Shown here: in pieces, positions 29,167 through 39,456 of the stretch
How positions within the stretch are numbered: the first letter of the stretch is position 1
Layout of the letters: the number at the start of each line of letters is the position of its first letter
Origin: Nitrosopumilus sp.
GTDB taxonomy: Archaea; Thermoproteota; Nitrososphaeria; Nitrososphaerales; Nitrosopumilaceae
Length of the DNA stretch: 64,000 nt
Direction: 5' to 3'
NCBI GenBank assembly: GCA_965205215.1
Contig: OZ242041.1
Coordinates: 672,001 to 736,000, forward strand
The notes under the pieces: generated by a model
Told to the model about the DNA's origin: nothing
The model's database searches: none
Seen by the model: the letters and a program-made list of their open reading frames with translations, nothing else
Translations under genes and position numbers: made by a program

Positions 29167-29740
29167 GCCGGACGGACTCAAAGGCACGGCCCCGGGCGGC
29201 TCCCGCGAATCAGGCTGCCGCATTACAAAGGGGAAGCGGCGCCGCCCGCAACCTTCCGAGTACGCCGGGAGGCGCCGTGCTAGCGGCATGGCACCGCGTG
29301 ACAAACTCGCCGGGACAGCCTACGGCGGGACGAGCGCTTCGCGGGCGCAATTCCTTCCGAGCAACCCCCGGCGACGACATCGTTTGGGATACTCCCGGGC
29401 CGCCGGACATGCAGGCACGGACCGGCGCGGTCCCGCCTGCCCCGTGATCTCCCCGGGGATGTTCCCCGGCGCGGCAAGACCGGGCTGCACCCCTGCAGGA
29501 TCCCCCCCCCTCCACCCCGCCGGCGCCTCCCGTGCATCCTCCATGGGCCAGATCGCTCGTGGGACGGATCCAAAGGCCGCGCCTTGATCTTGGCCCGTTC
29601 GCTCATTTTCCTACGTTGTCCGGGTTCGACCTGGGCCCGTACACGATCACGCCTGCCGCCCAACGGACCCGCATTCAGCGTCACGGGACGTAGCACCGGG
29701 ACTCCTAGGATCCACGCTTCGCGGAATTCGAATCGGGCCG

Positions 29741-29957
29741 GCCCGAACAGTCCCGGAAAATCAGCGCCTCGGAAGGATCCGTCAACCTATGCACCCCGCG
29801 CGGCCTTGCGGCACGCGGCTCCGACCAGATACATCGCACGGTGGCGCCCGGATGGATCCGCCGCCCCCGCCTCAGGACACATGCAAGTCACCGCGCGTAA
29901 TCGCGCGTTTTGCTTCAAGCCGGCCTTTGCGGCGTCTGCTCCTGCATGCGGCGCGAA
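29741..29957 (+). repeat. direct repeat copy 2 (decayed prgI-like 5' end plus upstream region)
   Basis: Aligns to 5883-6101. Confidence 0.85.
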
Positions 29958-30089
29958 AAGCCGGAAGGGCCACATATGATATCGTGGCGAATCCAAGCCC
30001 GGCAGTGAATCAGGACAGGGCCGCAGTAGACATTAGTATTCACGCCATCGACGACGCGGGGATTGTGCCCCCCTCCACACAACGAACCG

Positions 30090-31538
30090 TCACGCATGCA
30101 CGGCCCTGCGCCTGATCAGGAATTTTCCGTCCGGCATGTCCTTTACCAGGTCCCACCCGTATGCGACGCTTGAGAGCAGCTCCTCACGCGAGATCATCCT
30201 TGTCTGGTATGGCGGCGCCCCGCGCGGGCCGTCCTGCGGCAGCTCCGGGTCTTGCGGCACCGCGACGGCCGGCGCCGGTTCGGGGACGGCGCCCCGCTCC
30301 TGCCCGGTTGTCCCTGCGCCGCCGCCGCCGCCCCCCGCCTGCATCCTTATGCTGGACGGGTCTATCCCGTACGCCCTGGCCTGCTGCCGCAGCGACTGCA
30401 GGAACATCTCCCTCCTGTGCCTGGCATCGTCCACGCTGCCCGCGCTCAGAAACGGCTCGCTCCTTGCAAAGGCGGCACGCATGTCCTCGATCATCTGCTC
30501 CGTCAGCCTTCCCTTGTTGGTGGTATACCTGGCCTCCATGTCGCCCGTGTGCCCCATGAAGAACTGCCTGTACGCGTGCGTCATGCACCCGCTGCTCTCG
30601 GCCATGAGGAGCTGCGTGTCAAAGTACGCGCGGAGCACGTAGGGCCTCGCCTTGATGGCGCTCCTGATTGCGGCCCTTATCGGGAACGTCACGGCCTTTG
30701 TGGTTATGAACTCCCGCCCGCCGCCCGCCCGCCGGCCCGTCATCCTCTTCCTGCATATCAGGGGCGAGTCCGGCCCTATCTTCTCGCCCGCGGCGGCGCG
30801 GCCGCGCAGGTACCCGAGGAGGTACGAGCATCCCTGGGACGTGAGGAACGTAAAGTACCTGTGGCCCGCCTTGCTTATCTGAGGCCTTATCGTAACCATT
30901 GCCGGCGTCCTTTCAAGCGAGACCGTACCCTTTCCGTCGCCGTCCGCGCGCAGGCCCTCCACGTCCGAGACGCGCAGCCCGTCGGTCCCGTCGTGGCTGC
31001 CTATCACCTGCGGCCGCACGCCGGCAAAGGCCATCAGGGACATGCAGGCGCGCGTGCGCGAATCCGCGGCGTTCATGATCGACTCGAGCTGCGCCGGGGT
31101 GGGCACCTGCTCGTCCTCCAGCGTCACGGGAATCCTGGCGTTTGCCACCTTTATCTTGCGCCGTATGTCGACATAGTTGTACGACAGCCACGACTTGAGC
31201 GCCTTTACCACGTCCTCTATGTATCCCGGCGCGTACTTTTGCGCCTCCATCCACGTCACATAATCGAGTATCGTGTCCTCGGCCCTCATGCTGTCCTCCT
31301 TTCCCGTCGCGACCATCTCGGCGGGGGTTATCCCGGTGTTCTTGTAGAACATGTTGAGCCGTCTTATGCGCGAGTCGGCGGTGAGCTGGCTTGAGCGCGC
31401 AAGGTTCGCGTGCCACCTTGCGACATTCTCGTCTGATTCCAACAGGCTCCTGGAAGATCCGCCCAACTTCTCCTCCAAGATCCCCAGTCTCGATTTAAGG
31501 CCGCTGGCGCCGGACTGTAATATATTCACATTATCCAT
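30090..31538 (-). CDS. tyrosine recombinase (site-specific integrase)
   Basis: AGVR, SK, YVLR (HxxR variant), FMGH, RY; adjacent to tRNA 3' end; likely start ATG 31538. Confidence 0.9.
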   Translation of the reverse strand: MDNVNILQSGASGLKSRLGILEEKLGGSSRSLLESDENVARWHANLARSSQLTADSRIRRLNMFYKNTGITPAEMVATGKEDSMRAEDTILDYVTWMEAQKYAPGYIEDVVKALKSWLSYNYVDIRRKIKVANARIPVTLEDEQVPTPAQLESIMNAADSRTRACMSLMAFAGVRPQVIGSHDGTDGLRVSDVEGLRADGDGKGTVSLERTPAMVTIRPQISKAGHRYFTFLTSQGCSYLLGYLRGRAAAGEKIGPDSPLICRKRMTGRRAGGGREFITTKAVTFPIRAAIRSAIKARPYVLRAYFDTQLLMAESSGCMTHAYRQFFMGHTGDMEARYTTNKGRLTEQMIEDMRAAFARSEPFLSAGSVDDARHRREMFLQSLRQQARAYGIDPSSIRMQAGGGGGGAGTTGQERGAVPEPAPAVAVPQDPELPQDGPRGAPPYQTRMISREELLSSVAYGWDLVKDMPDGKFLIRRRAVHA

Positions 31539-31688
31539 GCGGCAGAACCTCGCACGCATGCAGAGGTTCTGTAACTTCGGACCGCAACGTCGGGCTGACC
31601 CCGCCGCATTCACCCCGCATGGAGATCCCGGCGCCCGTTGCATGTGGCACAACCCCGAAGCTGCTTCCTCTAATGTGATCAGAAAAAG

Positions 31689-31762
31689 CGGGTCTAGAGG
31701 GATTCGAACCCACGACAGCAGGATTAAGAGTCCTGAGCGCTACCTGGCTGCGCCATAGACCC
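31689..31762 (-). tRNA. tRNA-Lys(CTT)
   Basis: Cloverleaf GGGTCTA...CAGGA CTCTTAA TCCTG...GTTCGAATC...TAGACCCG; T-rich tail. Confidence 0.95.
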
Positions 31763-31889
31763 ACCGTTACAACCGGCGCAAAATTACTATTATAATCTTC
31801 AGATCCGCCTGGGCGCGGGGCCCCGTACCGGGACATGCGTGCAGGCGGCTAATATTCAGGATCTGGAAGCTGCAAAAGCACGGCGTTGC

Positions 31890-32501
31890 CTATCCTGTGA
31901 CGGCAAGCTCTTTCTGCTCTATCTGGTTGTACTTTTGTATGATGGCCGTCAGCGCGGTGGAGACCGGCACGTCGTTCATCTTTTTCTTCTCCTCGAGCAG
32001 CTTTTGGTACGCGTCAAGCGTGATGTATACGGGAATCGAGCCGTTGCCCTCCAAGAGTCCGCGGACGCTGTACAGGGCCGTCTCCATGCCCCTCTCGGCG
32101 GATTTTGCAAACTTTGCCTTGTTCAGGATGGCTCCCAGCGGGCCAAAGGGCATCTCATAGTCCACTGACATGGTAACCCTGGTCAGGTTGGCCCCCAGCT
32201 CCTCGAACTCGTTCGTGATGGCCCACTTCTTGAACGGGCCCTCCGTCTGCTCTGCGGATATCCTCTTGTTGCGCACAAACTCGGTGGTCTCGCAGTCCCA
32301 TTCCAGCCGCTTGCCCCCAAAGTCGCCTATAATCCGAAACGTGGTTCCGACCCCCATCCCCTCCTTGATGTCCATGGGGATTACGGTCATGCCCACCGTC
32401 TCGCTCTTCATCTGATCCGAGACGTGCTCGGGCCGCGCGAAATAGGTAAAGACGCTATCTACTGGCACCTTTATCTCGGTGGACTTTGTGACAAGTGTCA
32501 A
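31890..32501 (-). CDS. SRPBCC/polyketide cyclase family protein
   Basis: START-like pattern GVGTTF, EGPFKKW, TRVTMSVDYEMPFGPLG; likely TTG start. Confidence 0.85.
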   Translation of the reverse strand: MTLVTKSTEIKVPVDSVFTYFARPEHVSDQMKSETVGMTVIPMDIKEGMGVGTTFRIIGDFGGKRLEWDCETTEFVRNKRISAEQTEGPFKKWAITNEFEELGANLTRVTMSVDYEMPFGPLGAILNKAKFAKSAERGMETALYSVRGLLEGNGSIPVYITLDAYQKLLEEKKKMNDVPVSTALTAIIQKYNQIEQKELAVTG

Positions 32502-32554
32502 CGATCCGACTCTCGCCAATAAGGATTTAAAGCTTTTGAAGACGATCCCAGAGT

Positions 32555-33175
32555 ATGATGACAAAACCGGCGGGAAAGCGGGGGAAGGCCCCGGGATCCG
32601 CCCGCGTCCGGGGCATGGCCGCGATCGCTCTGCTGTGCGCGGCGTGCGCCCTGGTGCCGGGCGCGCAGGAGGCGTCGGGGCACTCCATGTTCAACTCGGC
32701 CGAGGAGTTTATGGCGGGGTACAGGGTGCAGGTTGCGACGGCCCCCGAGTTTCCCCAGATCGACGAGCAGTCGATGTTTCTGGTCAGGGTGACCGACACG
32801 GACTTTGAGGAGGTCGACAGGTTTACGATGGGGATCCGGTTCTTTTACAACGGACAGCAGGTGGACGCGGTCCCGCCCACGGCCATTGAGGGGGGGCACT
32901 GGGACTTTGGGCACACGTGGCGGTACCAGGGAAACCACATCGTAAAGGTGGATCTCTATGACATGGTGGACAAGCCCGGGGTCACTACGTATACGTTCAA
33001 CATGGGCACGCAGAGCCCGTTTGGGTACATCTTTATCATCTCAATTACCGTCGGGGCGTTCTGCTTTGCAGGCGTGATGGCGTACGTCTACCTTCCAAAG
33101 ATGCGGCGGCGATGGAGTCGTCGGGAGGGGGGAGACGGCGCTACAGACAGCAGGAATCCACCGTTTGGCCGGTGA
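32555..33175 (+). CDS. conserved exported membrane-anchored hypothetical protein
   Basis: Signal peptide, mature N-terminal His, C-terminal TM; beside cox cluster. Confidence 0.75.
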   Translation: MMTKPAGKRGKAPGSARVRGMAAIALLCAACALVPGAQEASGHSMFNSAEEFMAGYRVQVATAPEFPQIDEQSMFLVRVTDTDFEEVDRFTMGIRFFYNGQQVDAVPPTAIEGGHWDFGHTWRYQGNHIVKVDLYDMVDKPGVTTYTFNMGTQSPFGYIFIISITVGAFCFAGVMAYVYLPKMRRRWSRREGGDGATDSRNPPFGR

Positions 33176-33215
33176 TCTGGTGCGCTGCAGGCGGCGCTCC
33201 TTCGCCGTGACCTGG

Positions 33216-33806
33216 TCAGTGCGCGACGTCCGCGGCCGTTGCGGTATCCTGAATCATTTCGGCGCCGTCGTGGTTCCGACGACGTCCGCGGCCGTTGCGG
33301 CTGGCGCCGCTGTTGCCGTCACTATTGTTTCTGTTGCTGTCACCGTCGTTGCCGCCGCCGCGGCCGTGCGCCACGGCCTTTGCGGACGGTATGCGGAACG
33401 CGAACAGCGTCGTCATCAGCACCATTGCAAACAGCAGTATCCCTATCCCCAGGTGTATCGCGACCAGGACTGCGTGCAGCTTTAGGTCTATGACGAGCGC
33501 CCCGAGCGTGATCTGCACGATGACAAAGACGGTCGCAAGCGAGCTTGTGACCCTGATCTTGGCGTCGGCCCTTTTGTGCAGAAAGCTCGCGATCATGGTG
33601 GCGACCACTAGCGCGCCCGTGGTGGCGGCGGCCAGCCTGTGTATCCACTCTATCAGGTACTCTTCGGAGGGCATTATGCCGTCCGGGCACAGCGGCCACT
33701 CCGGGCACGTGAGCCCCAAACCCGCGGCGGATATGTACCCGCCAAGGAACATGAGCGAGTACAGCACGATCATGCTGGATAGTGCAAGGTACTTTATGGC
33801 AGCCAA
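33216..33806 (-). CDS. ctaA: heme A synthase (short COX15/CtaA type)
   Basis: GLTCPEWPLC, EWIHR, QITLG, HL motifs. Confidence 0.85.
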   Translation of the reverse strand: MAAIKYLALSSMIVLYSLMFLGGYISAAGLGLTCPEWPLCPDGIMPSEEYLIEWIHRLAAATTGALVVATMIASFLHKRADAKIRVTSSLATVFVIVQITLGALVIDLKLHAVLVAIHLGIGILLFAMVLMTTLFAFRIPSAKAVAHGRGGGNDGDSNRNNSDGNSGASRNGRGRRRNHDGAEMIQDTATAADVAH

Positions 33807-33808
33807 GG

Positions 33809-34834
33809 CTACTCGACGATCAGGGTCCCCTGCATCCCCTGCAGGGCGTGGCCTGGGACGGTGCAGATGTAGTAATACTTGCCCGGCGCCCCGGCCGTGA
33901 ACGTGACGGAGCCACTCTCGCCGTTCTTAAGCGGGCTTGTCATGGACCCTATCTCCGATTCCCACAGCACGTTTGCAAAGTCGGCGGGGTCTGCCACCAC
34001 CCCGAAGGAGTGGAACGAGACTCCCACGTTGACCGTGGTGACGGTAATCTCGTCGCCGGAGTTGACCACAATGTCGGGGTTTGCGCCCTCCTCGCCCTCC
34101 AGCCCGTTGAACCCGAACGTCCTAAAATCGTCGGATTCCACAAAGTCAAAATCAAACTCGTGCGACACGCCGGTCGGGGGGGCCGCCTCTCCGCCTCCAC
34201 CACCGCTGCCCCCGGACTCGGACTCGGGCGCGGGGCCCACCACAATGGTGCCCTCCATGCCCTGGACCCTGTGTCCCGGAACTGTGCATATGTAATAGTA
34301 GGTGCCCTCCTCGCCGGCCACGAACTCGGAGGTGCCGCTGTCACCCTTCAGCATCGGGCTGTTGGGGCTGCCGATCTCGGTGCCGGGTATGATGCCCGCG
34401 GTGCCCTCCTCATCCTGCGTGACGCCAAACGCGTGCAGCGAGATGCCGTCGCTTGCCACGTTGAACACAACCTTGTCGCCCACGTTCATGTTTATAGTCG
34501 GGTTGTTGCCCTCCTCGCCGGGCAGCGCGTTGAATGCCATCGTAATAAAGTCGTCGCTCTCTATGAATACCAGATCCGAGGTTATGGTCTGGCCCGTCTG
34601 CTCCGCCTGCTCCGCGACGGGCGCCGCGGTGGAGGCCGCCATTATTGCCACGATCGGGGCCGGCTCGGATATCCAGTAGTCCCACATCCCGAAGAAGATG
34701 GCGCCGCCTACAATGCATATGCCCAGCATTATGGCCATCATCTTGCCCGTCCTGGCCGGCGAGGTCCTGTACACCTGATGCTGCGTCCCTCCACTTCTGT
34801 TGTCGCCGCTGTTATTGCTACTTCCGTACCCCAT
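33809..34834 (-). CDS. membrane-anchored two-domain blue copper (cupredoxin) protein of the complex IV cluster
   Basis: Two YYYICTVPGH..QGM type-1 Cu motifs. Confidence 0.9.
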   Translation of the reverse strand: MGYGSSNNSGDNRSGGTQHQVYRTSPARTGKMMAIMLGICIVGGAIFFGMWDYWISEPAPIVAIMAASTAAPVAEQAEQTGQTITSDLVFIESDDFITMAFNALPGEEGNNPTINMNVGDKVVFNVASDGISLHAFGVTQDEEGTAGIIPGTEIGSPNSPMLKGDSGTSEFVAGEEGTYYYICTVPGHRVQGMEGTIVVGPAPESESGGSGGGGGEAAPPTGVSHEFDFDFVESDDFRTFGFNGLEGEEGANPDIVVNSGDEITVTTVNVGVSFHSFGVVADPADFANVLWESEIGSMTSPLKNGESGSVTFTAGAPGKYYYICTVPGHALQGMQGTLIVE

Positions 34835-34849
34835 CTGTCATCACCATGC

Positions 34850-36376
34850 TCAATGCGAGGGGTTCTTCGCCTCAAACGGGTAATAGTACCTGCCGCCCAC
34901 GCCGAACGGGTCGTCCGTGTTTGCCGGCTCGCCCTTTGCGGAGCTGTGTATCATGTTTGCCAGGAACACCACCATGCTGACCCCGATTATCATCGCCCCT
35001 ATCGACGCGATCTGGTTCATCGCGATCCACTCCGGTATGGGCGGGTAGTCAAATATGCGCCGCGGCATGCCGTACAGCCCGAGCACGTGCTGCGTAAAGA
35101 ACACCAAGACGGTGCCGATGAACGACATTACAAAGTGTATCTTGCCCATGGTCTCGTTGTACATCCTTCCGGTCACGTACGGGAACATGTAGTAGAGGTA
35201 CCCGATGGACCCGAACGCTATGGTCCCCATCACGAAGAGGTGGAAGTGCCCGACCACCCAGTAGGTGTCGTGCGTGGTAAAGTCCAGCGGCATTGCGCTG
35301 TTGACGACGCCGCCGGCGCCCGCCGAGAAGAAGAGCGCGATTCCGCCGACTGCCCACATCATGGGGGTGGAGAACCTGATGCGGCCGTTCCACATCGTGG
35401 CGATAAAGTTGAACACGTGCATGGCAGACGCGGGAACCGCCGCCAGCGTTCCGACCATGAACACGGTCTTTTCAGTAAACGACATGCCCGTCGCGTACAT
35501 GTGGTGGGCCCACGAGGAGAACCCGACTATCGACAGAAGGACGAACGCGAACACCCCGGAGCCGTAGCTGTAGATCGGCCTCCTGGAGAACCTCGGTATT
35601 ATCTCGTACATCATACCGATCGCCGGAATCACCAGCACGTACACCTCTGGGTGGAACGTGAACCAGAACAGGTGCGCGTACGCTATCGGGTCGCCGCCGA
35701 GCGCGGGGTTGAAGAAGCCGCTCACGCCGAGGCGGTCGGTGAGCAGCATCAGCAGCGCGGCCGCAAAGGTCGGGATTGCGACCAGTATGATGAGCGACGA
35801 GGAGAGGAAGGACCACGCCAGCAGCGGGACCTGCCCTATGGACATGTCCGGATGCTTGCACTTTAGTATGGTGACGACGAAGTTTATCGCGCCCAGCACG
35901 GAGGAGACGCCCAGGATCTTGAGGCCGAATATCCACATGTCAGCTGCCGGCCCCGGCGCGCTGATTATCGAGTAGGGGGGCGTCGCGTACCACGTAAAGT
36001 CCGCAAAGCCGAGCCATATCAGGGCGCCGGAGGGGGGTATCATCCAGAACGCGATCGCGTTGAGCTTTGGGTACGCCATGTCCTTGTACCTGACCATTAT
36101 CGGGACAAAGTAGTTGCCGACTGCCGACGCGAAGGGTATGATGAACAGGAAGATCAGCGTGGTGCCGTGGACCGTGAATATGCGGTTGAACGTCATCGCG
36201 TCGCCTATGATCTGGGCCCCCGGCAGGAACAGCTCCGCCCTGATTGCGAGCGCAAGCGCGCCGCCCAGGAACAGGAACGCCAGGGACGTTATGAGGTACA
36301 GGAGCCCCACGTCAGTGTGGTGGGTCGAGAACATTATCTGCCATATGGGGCGCGGCTTTTGCAGCTCTAGAACCAT
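34850..36376 (-). CDS. coxA: heme-copper oxidase subunit I
   Basis: HPEVY, WAHH, HFH motifs. Confidence 0.97.
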   Translation of the reverse strand: MVLELQKPRPIWQIMFSTHHTDVGLLYLITSLAFLFLGGALALAIRAELFLPGAQIIGDAMTFNRIFTVHGTTLIFLFIIPFASAVGNYFVPIMVRYKDMAYPKLNAIAFWMIPPSGALIWLGFADFTWYATPPYSIISAPGPAADMWIFGLKILGVSSVLGAINFVVTILKCKHPDMSIGQVPLLAWSFLSSSLIILVAIPTFAAALLMLLTDRLGVSGFFNPALGGDPIAYAHLFWFTFHPEVYVLVIPAIGMMYEIIPRFSRRPIYSYGSGVFAFVLLSIVGFSSWAHHMYATGMSFTEKTVFMVGTLAAVPASAMHVFNFIATMWNGRIRFSTPMMWAVGGIALFFSAGAGGVVNSAMPLDFTTHDTYWVVGHFHLFVMGTIAFGSIGYLYYMFPYVTGRMYNETMGKIHFVMSFIGTVLVFFTQHVLGLYGMPRRIFDYPPIPEWIAMNQIASIGAMIIGVSMVVFLANMIHSSAKGEPANTDDPFGVGGRYYYPFEAKNPSH

Positions 36377-36493
36377 GATGCGTGTGCACCTCCCGCCACA
36401 TTATAATCGGTGGCATCAGCCGGACGCCCGGCCCGTACTGCTGTTATGATAATCGTTATGTCCATGCCCGTCTCCATCCCACATCCCCTCGCG

Positions 36494-36928
36494 TCAGGAC
36501 GACGGCTCCTCCACGTACAGCGTGCCGCGCATGTTGTAGTGTATCAGCCCGCAGTACTCGCGGCACTGTATGTCGTGCACGCCAGGCTGGTCGGGCGCAA
36601 ACCATACCGTGTTCACCCTTCCCGGGACCGCGTCTATCAGAACCACGTAGTCGTGTATGTTAAACGAGTGTATGACGTCAGTGGCCATAACCTCGAACTT
36701 GTAGGCCTTGCCCGCCTCAAGGTGCAGCTCGCCTATCTCCTTTGTGCCGTCCTCGTGCTCAAAGGTCCAGAACCACTGCTGCCCCGTCACCTTTATGATC
36801 TCCGCGTCGGCCGGGACGTGCTCGATGAGGCGCTCGACCTCCCAGGCCTCGGCCCCGACCCACGTCATGAGCGCCACCACGATCCCGATGTATATCCACT
36901 CGGGCCAGTTTGAGTGATGTCCGGCCAT
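36494..36928 (-). CDS. coxB: heme-copper oxidase subunit II (CuA domain)
   Basis: QWFW, DVIHSF, CREYCGLIHYNM. Confidence 0.95.
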   Translation of the reverse strand: MAGHHSNWPEWIYIGIVVALMTWVGAEAWEVERLIEHVPADAEIIKVTGQQWFWTFEHEDGTKEIGELHLEAGKAYKFEVMATDVIHSFNIHDYVVLIDAVPGRVNTVWFAPDQPGVHDIQCREYCGLIHYNMRGTLYVEEPSS

Positions 36929-37216
36929 CTACCAATCAGTCCCCTCGTACGGAGTAGGCTTTGCCTTGGGGTGCGACTCGCGGAAGCGCCACACCTGCCA
37001 GATTATGGTGCCGGATACGACCGCCCCGACCGTAAACGCGACTGTCATCATCCTGAAGAACAGGTTCCAGATGAGCACGCGGCGGTCGATGTACTCGCCG
37101 GGCTCGTCGCCGGCCGCAAGCGCGACGCCGGCGGCCGGTATGATCGCCACTGCCGCCGCTACTGCTATCAGTACCAAGGATATTCCAAGCATGCCCCTCA
37201 TCAGTAATTGAATCAC
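36929..37216 (-). CDS. small membrane protein of the cox operon (subunit II N-terminal TM-like)
   Basis: Signal plus TM helix ending WRFRES; abuts coxB; start uncertain. Confidence 0.7.
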   Translation of the reverse strand: MIQLLMRGMLGISLVLIAVAAAVAIIPAAGVALAAGDEPGEYIDRRVLIWNLFFRMMTVAFTVGAVVSGTIIWQVWRFRESHPKAKPTPYEGTDW

Positions 37217-37600
37217 GTGGTTTCAGATTTCTATTTAAGGGTTTAGCGGTCGGGTTTTGGTACAAACGTCAAATAATTGCGGCGCGGGGCGGATTTGGGC
37301 GCGCATGCGGCTCCGCCCGGGGGTTTCGTTGCCGGCTGCGCGTGCGCGCCGTCCGGGGACGGCCCGGGACATGCTGCGCGCGCCGGGCGCCGCCGCGATG
37401 CCCCCTGTCGCCGCGGCCCGCGCTTGCGAATCGTGGGGGAGTGAAGTCGCCGACGGCGCCGCTTGCCTGTTACTGTCTTGGTACGCCGGCCGATGCCGGC
37501 GCCGGGCTGCCAGTCCCGTGGGTTATGGCATGGCAGGAGAACGGCTTTTGGAATAACCCGTACTCAATAATTATAAGATAGCGTTGTCGTACCACTGTGA

Positions 37601-38170
37601 ATGATAGGCAAGATCATAATAGGACTCGCAGCGGTTGCTATAATTGGCGTCATGGTGTTGGCGTCCAACCTGTCGGACTACGATGAGCACAGATCCGATA
37701 TCAAGCGGTTCATAATGGACAACCCGCTGTCGGACGCTGTGAGGGGCGACTCGGAGCAGCCGGACGAGCCAGAGGAGGTCTGGAACACGGCAGGCGCCTT
37801 TGGAATCAACAAGGACACATACCGGCTCGGCGAGGACGTGTTCTTTGCAGGGACGCTGACACCGGGCCAGCAGGCGATAATCAGGGTGGCAAGCCCGGAG
37901 GGCAAGATCTTTTTGGAGAGGGCGTACGACGGGTCCGAGCGCGAGGTGGCAAAGTTTTACTTCAGGCCGGACACGTCTGCAATCAAGGGCCTCTACGAGA
38001 AGGACCAGCTGGTGGGGCAGTGGATGATATGGTTTGAGGGAATAAACAACGACGAGATATACTTCGAGGTGACCGACGAGTTCGTCCCCGGCGCCGAGAA
38101 GGACATCGTGGACTTGCATGGTCCGCCGGCCGCCGACAGTAGCGGCACCTCTCCCGAACCGGGGCAATAG
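37601..38170 (+). CDS. membrane-anchored hypothetical protein
   Basis: N-terminal TM, Ig-like DTYRLGEDVF; TATA-like sequence upstream. Confidence 0.75.
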   Translation: MIGKIIIGLAAVAIIGVMVLASNLSDYDEHRSDIKRFIMDNPLSDAVRGDSEQPDEPEEVWNTAGAFGINKDTYRLGEDVFFAGTLTPGQQAIIRVASPEGKIFLERAYDGSEREVAKFYFRPDTSAIKGLYEKDQLVGQWMIWFEGINNDEIYFEVTDEFVPGAEKDIVDLHGPPAADSSGTSPEPGQ

Positions 38171-38233
38171 CCCGGGTGCGGCCCCCTGGACTCGGCAGGT
38201 ATACGATACACGCCCCCTGCGCGCCCTAGGCCG

Positions 38234-38578
38234 CTACTTGCCTGCAAGCCTGTTGTGAAAGCACGCGCGCTCCCCCTTGTGGCACGCGGGCCCCGCCGGC
38301 TTGACCAGGTATATGATCGCGTCAGAGTCGCAGTCCACCAGTATCTCCCTGACGTCTTGGACGTTTCCCGACTCCTCGCCCTTCATCCAGAGCTTGTCCC
38401 TCGAGCGGCTGTAGAACCACGACCTGCCCGTGCTGGCCGCGAGCCCGAGCGACTCGCGGTTTGCGTATGCAAGGGTCAGCACCTCCCGCGTGTCCGCGTC
38501 CTGGACTATAACGGGGACGAGCCCGCCGCCCTTCTCAAAGTCGATTGCGTCAATGTCGATCTGGGCCACTGCGCCCAC
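38234..38578 (-). CDS. hisI: phosphoribosyl-AMP cyclohydrolase
   Basis: SRSR..LWMKGEESG, DCDSD, ACH. Confidence 0.95.
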   Translation of the reverse strand: MGAVAQIDIDAIDFEKGGGLVPVIVQDADTREVLTLAYANRESLGLAASTGRSWFYSRSRDKLWMKGEESGNVQDVREILVDCDSDAIIYLVKPAGPACHKGERACFHNRLAGK

Positions 38579-38592
38579 GCGGCGTGCGCATC

Positions 38593-39456
38593 TTATAACC
38601 TTACAGGAACGCCCCTGTCCCTGAGTATGCGCTTTACGCCGGACACGCCGTACTCCTGGTAGTGGAATATGGAGGCGGCCAGCGCCGCGTCCACGCCGGT
38701 TGCCTCAAAGACGCCTGCCATGTCGTCTGGATGCCCGCAGCCGCCGGACGCTATCACGGGAATGGAGACCGCGTCCACCACGCGCTTGGTAAGCGCGTGG
38801 TCGTAGCCGTCCTTTGTGCCGTCCCTGTCCATGCTGGTCAGCAGTATCTCGCCTGCGCCGAGCCTCTGGGCCCTTCTTGCCCACCGTATGGCGTCCACGC
38901 CGGTGCCCTTCTTGCCCCCGTACGTGTGCACCTCAAACCAGAACCGGCGGCCGCTGCCGTCCTCCTCTTCCAGCATGACCGGCGAGTCGTCCCCGTCCCC
39001 GTCCCCGGCGCCGCCCTCGTCGCTGCGCCCGCGGTCCGCGGGCGTCCCGTAGTTTCTCTTCGCGTCTATTGCGACCACGACACACTGCCGCCCGAACAGG
39101 CCCATCATCTCGGTTAGGATCGGCGGGTTGTTTATGGCGCCCGTGTTGATCCCGACCTTGTCTGCGCCGCTCAGCAGTATGTTGCGGGCGTCCTCCATAG
39201 TCGAGACGCCGCCGCCGACGGTAAACGGGATGTCTATTACGGACGCCACCCCGCGCACCAGCTCCCGGATGGTCTTGCGCCTCTCGTCTGACGCGGTGAT
39301 GTCCAGGAACACGAGCTCGTCGGCCCCCTCGTCGCTGTACCGCTTGGCCAGCGCGACCGGGTCGCCCGCGTCCCTGATCTCCACGAACCTGGTCCCCTTT
39401 ACCACCCTGCCGTCCTTGACGTCAAGGCACGGGATTACGCGCTTTGTCAGGGCCGT
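38593..39456 (-). CDS. hisF: imidazole glycerol phosphate synthase cyclase subunit (non-canonical start)
   Basis: [19 protein letters not shown] continues upstream of the ORF-track start; [20 protein letters not shown]. Confidence 0.93.
   Translation of the reverse strand, partial: TALTKRVIPCLDVKDGRVVKGTRFVEIRDAGDPVALAKRYSDEGADELVFLDITASDERRKTIRELVRGVASVIDIPFTVGGGVSTMEDARNILLSGADKVGINTGAINNPPILTEMMGLFGRQCVVVAIDAKRNYGTPADRGRSDEGGAGDGDGDDSPVMLEEEDGSGRRFWFEVHTYGGKKGTGVDAIRWARRAQRLGAGEILLTSMDRDGTKDGYDHALTKRVVDAVSIPVIASGGCGHPDDMAGVFEATGVDAALAASIFHYQEYGVSGVKRILRDRGVPVRL

Larger units (their letters stand above)
1..31689. mobile_element. integrated conjugative-type element at tRNA-Lys (left end outside window)
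   Basis: Integrase next to tRNA 3' end plus VirB4/PrgI/pilin genes; core genes resume after the tRNA; second att not seen. Confidence 0.75.

Noticed and set aside
29210-29740. Short ORFs between the adhesin and the integrase
   Set aside because: No recognisable motifs; looks like decayed GC-rich sequence
29727-29745. TTCGAATC...CCCG as a second att site copying the tRNA-Lys 3' end
   Set aside because: Only a short match with a divergent middle; too weak to call
33782-35866. 694-aa + strand ORF and many similar long ORFs
   Set aside because: Antisense or frame-shifted shadows of real genes, expected in high-GC DNA
36494-37216. Split or short oxidase subunit II as a novelty
   Set aside because: Matches the usual Nitrososphaerota complex IV gene arrangement
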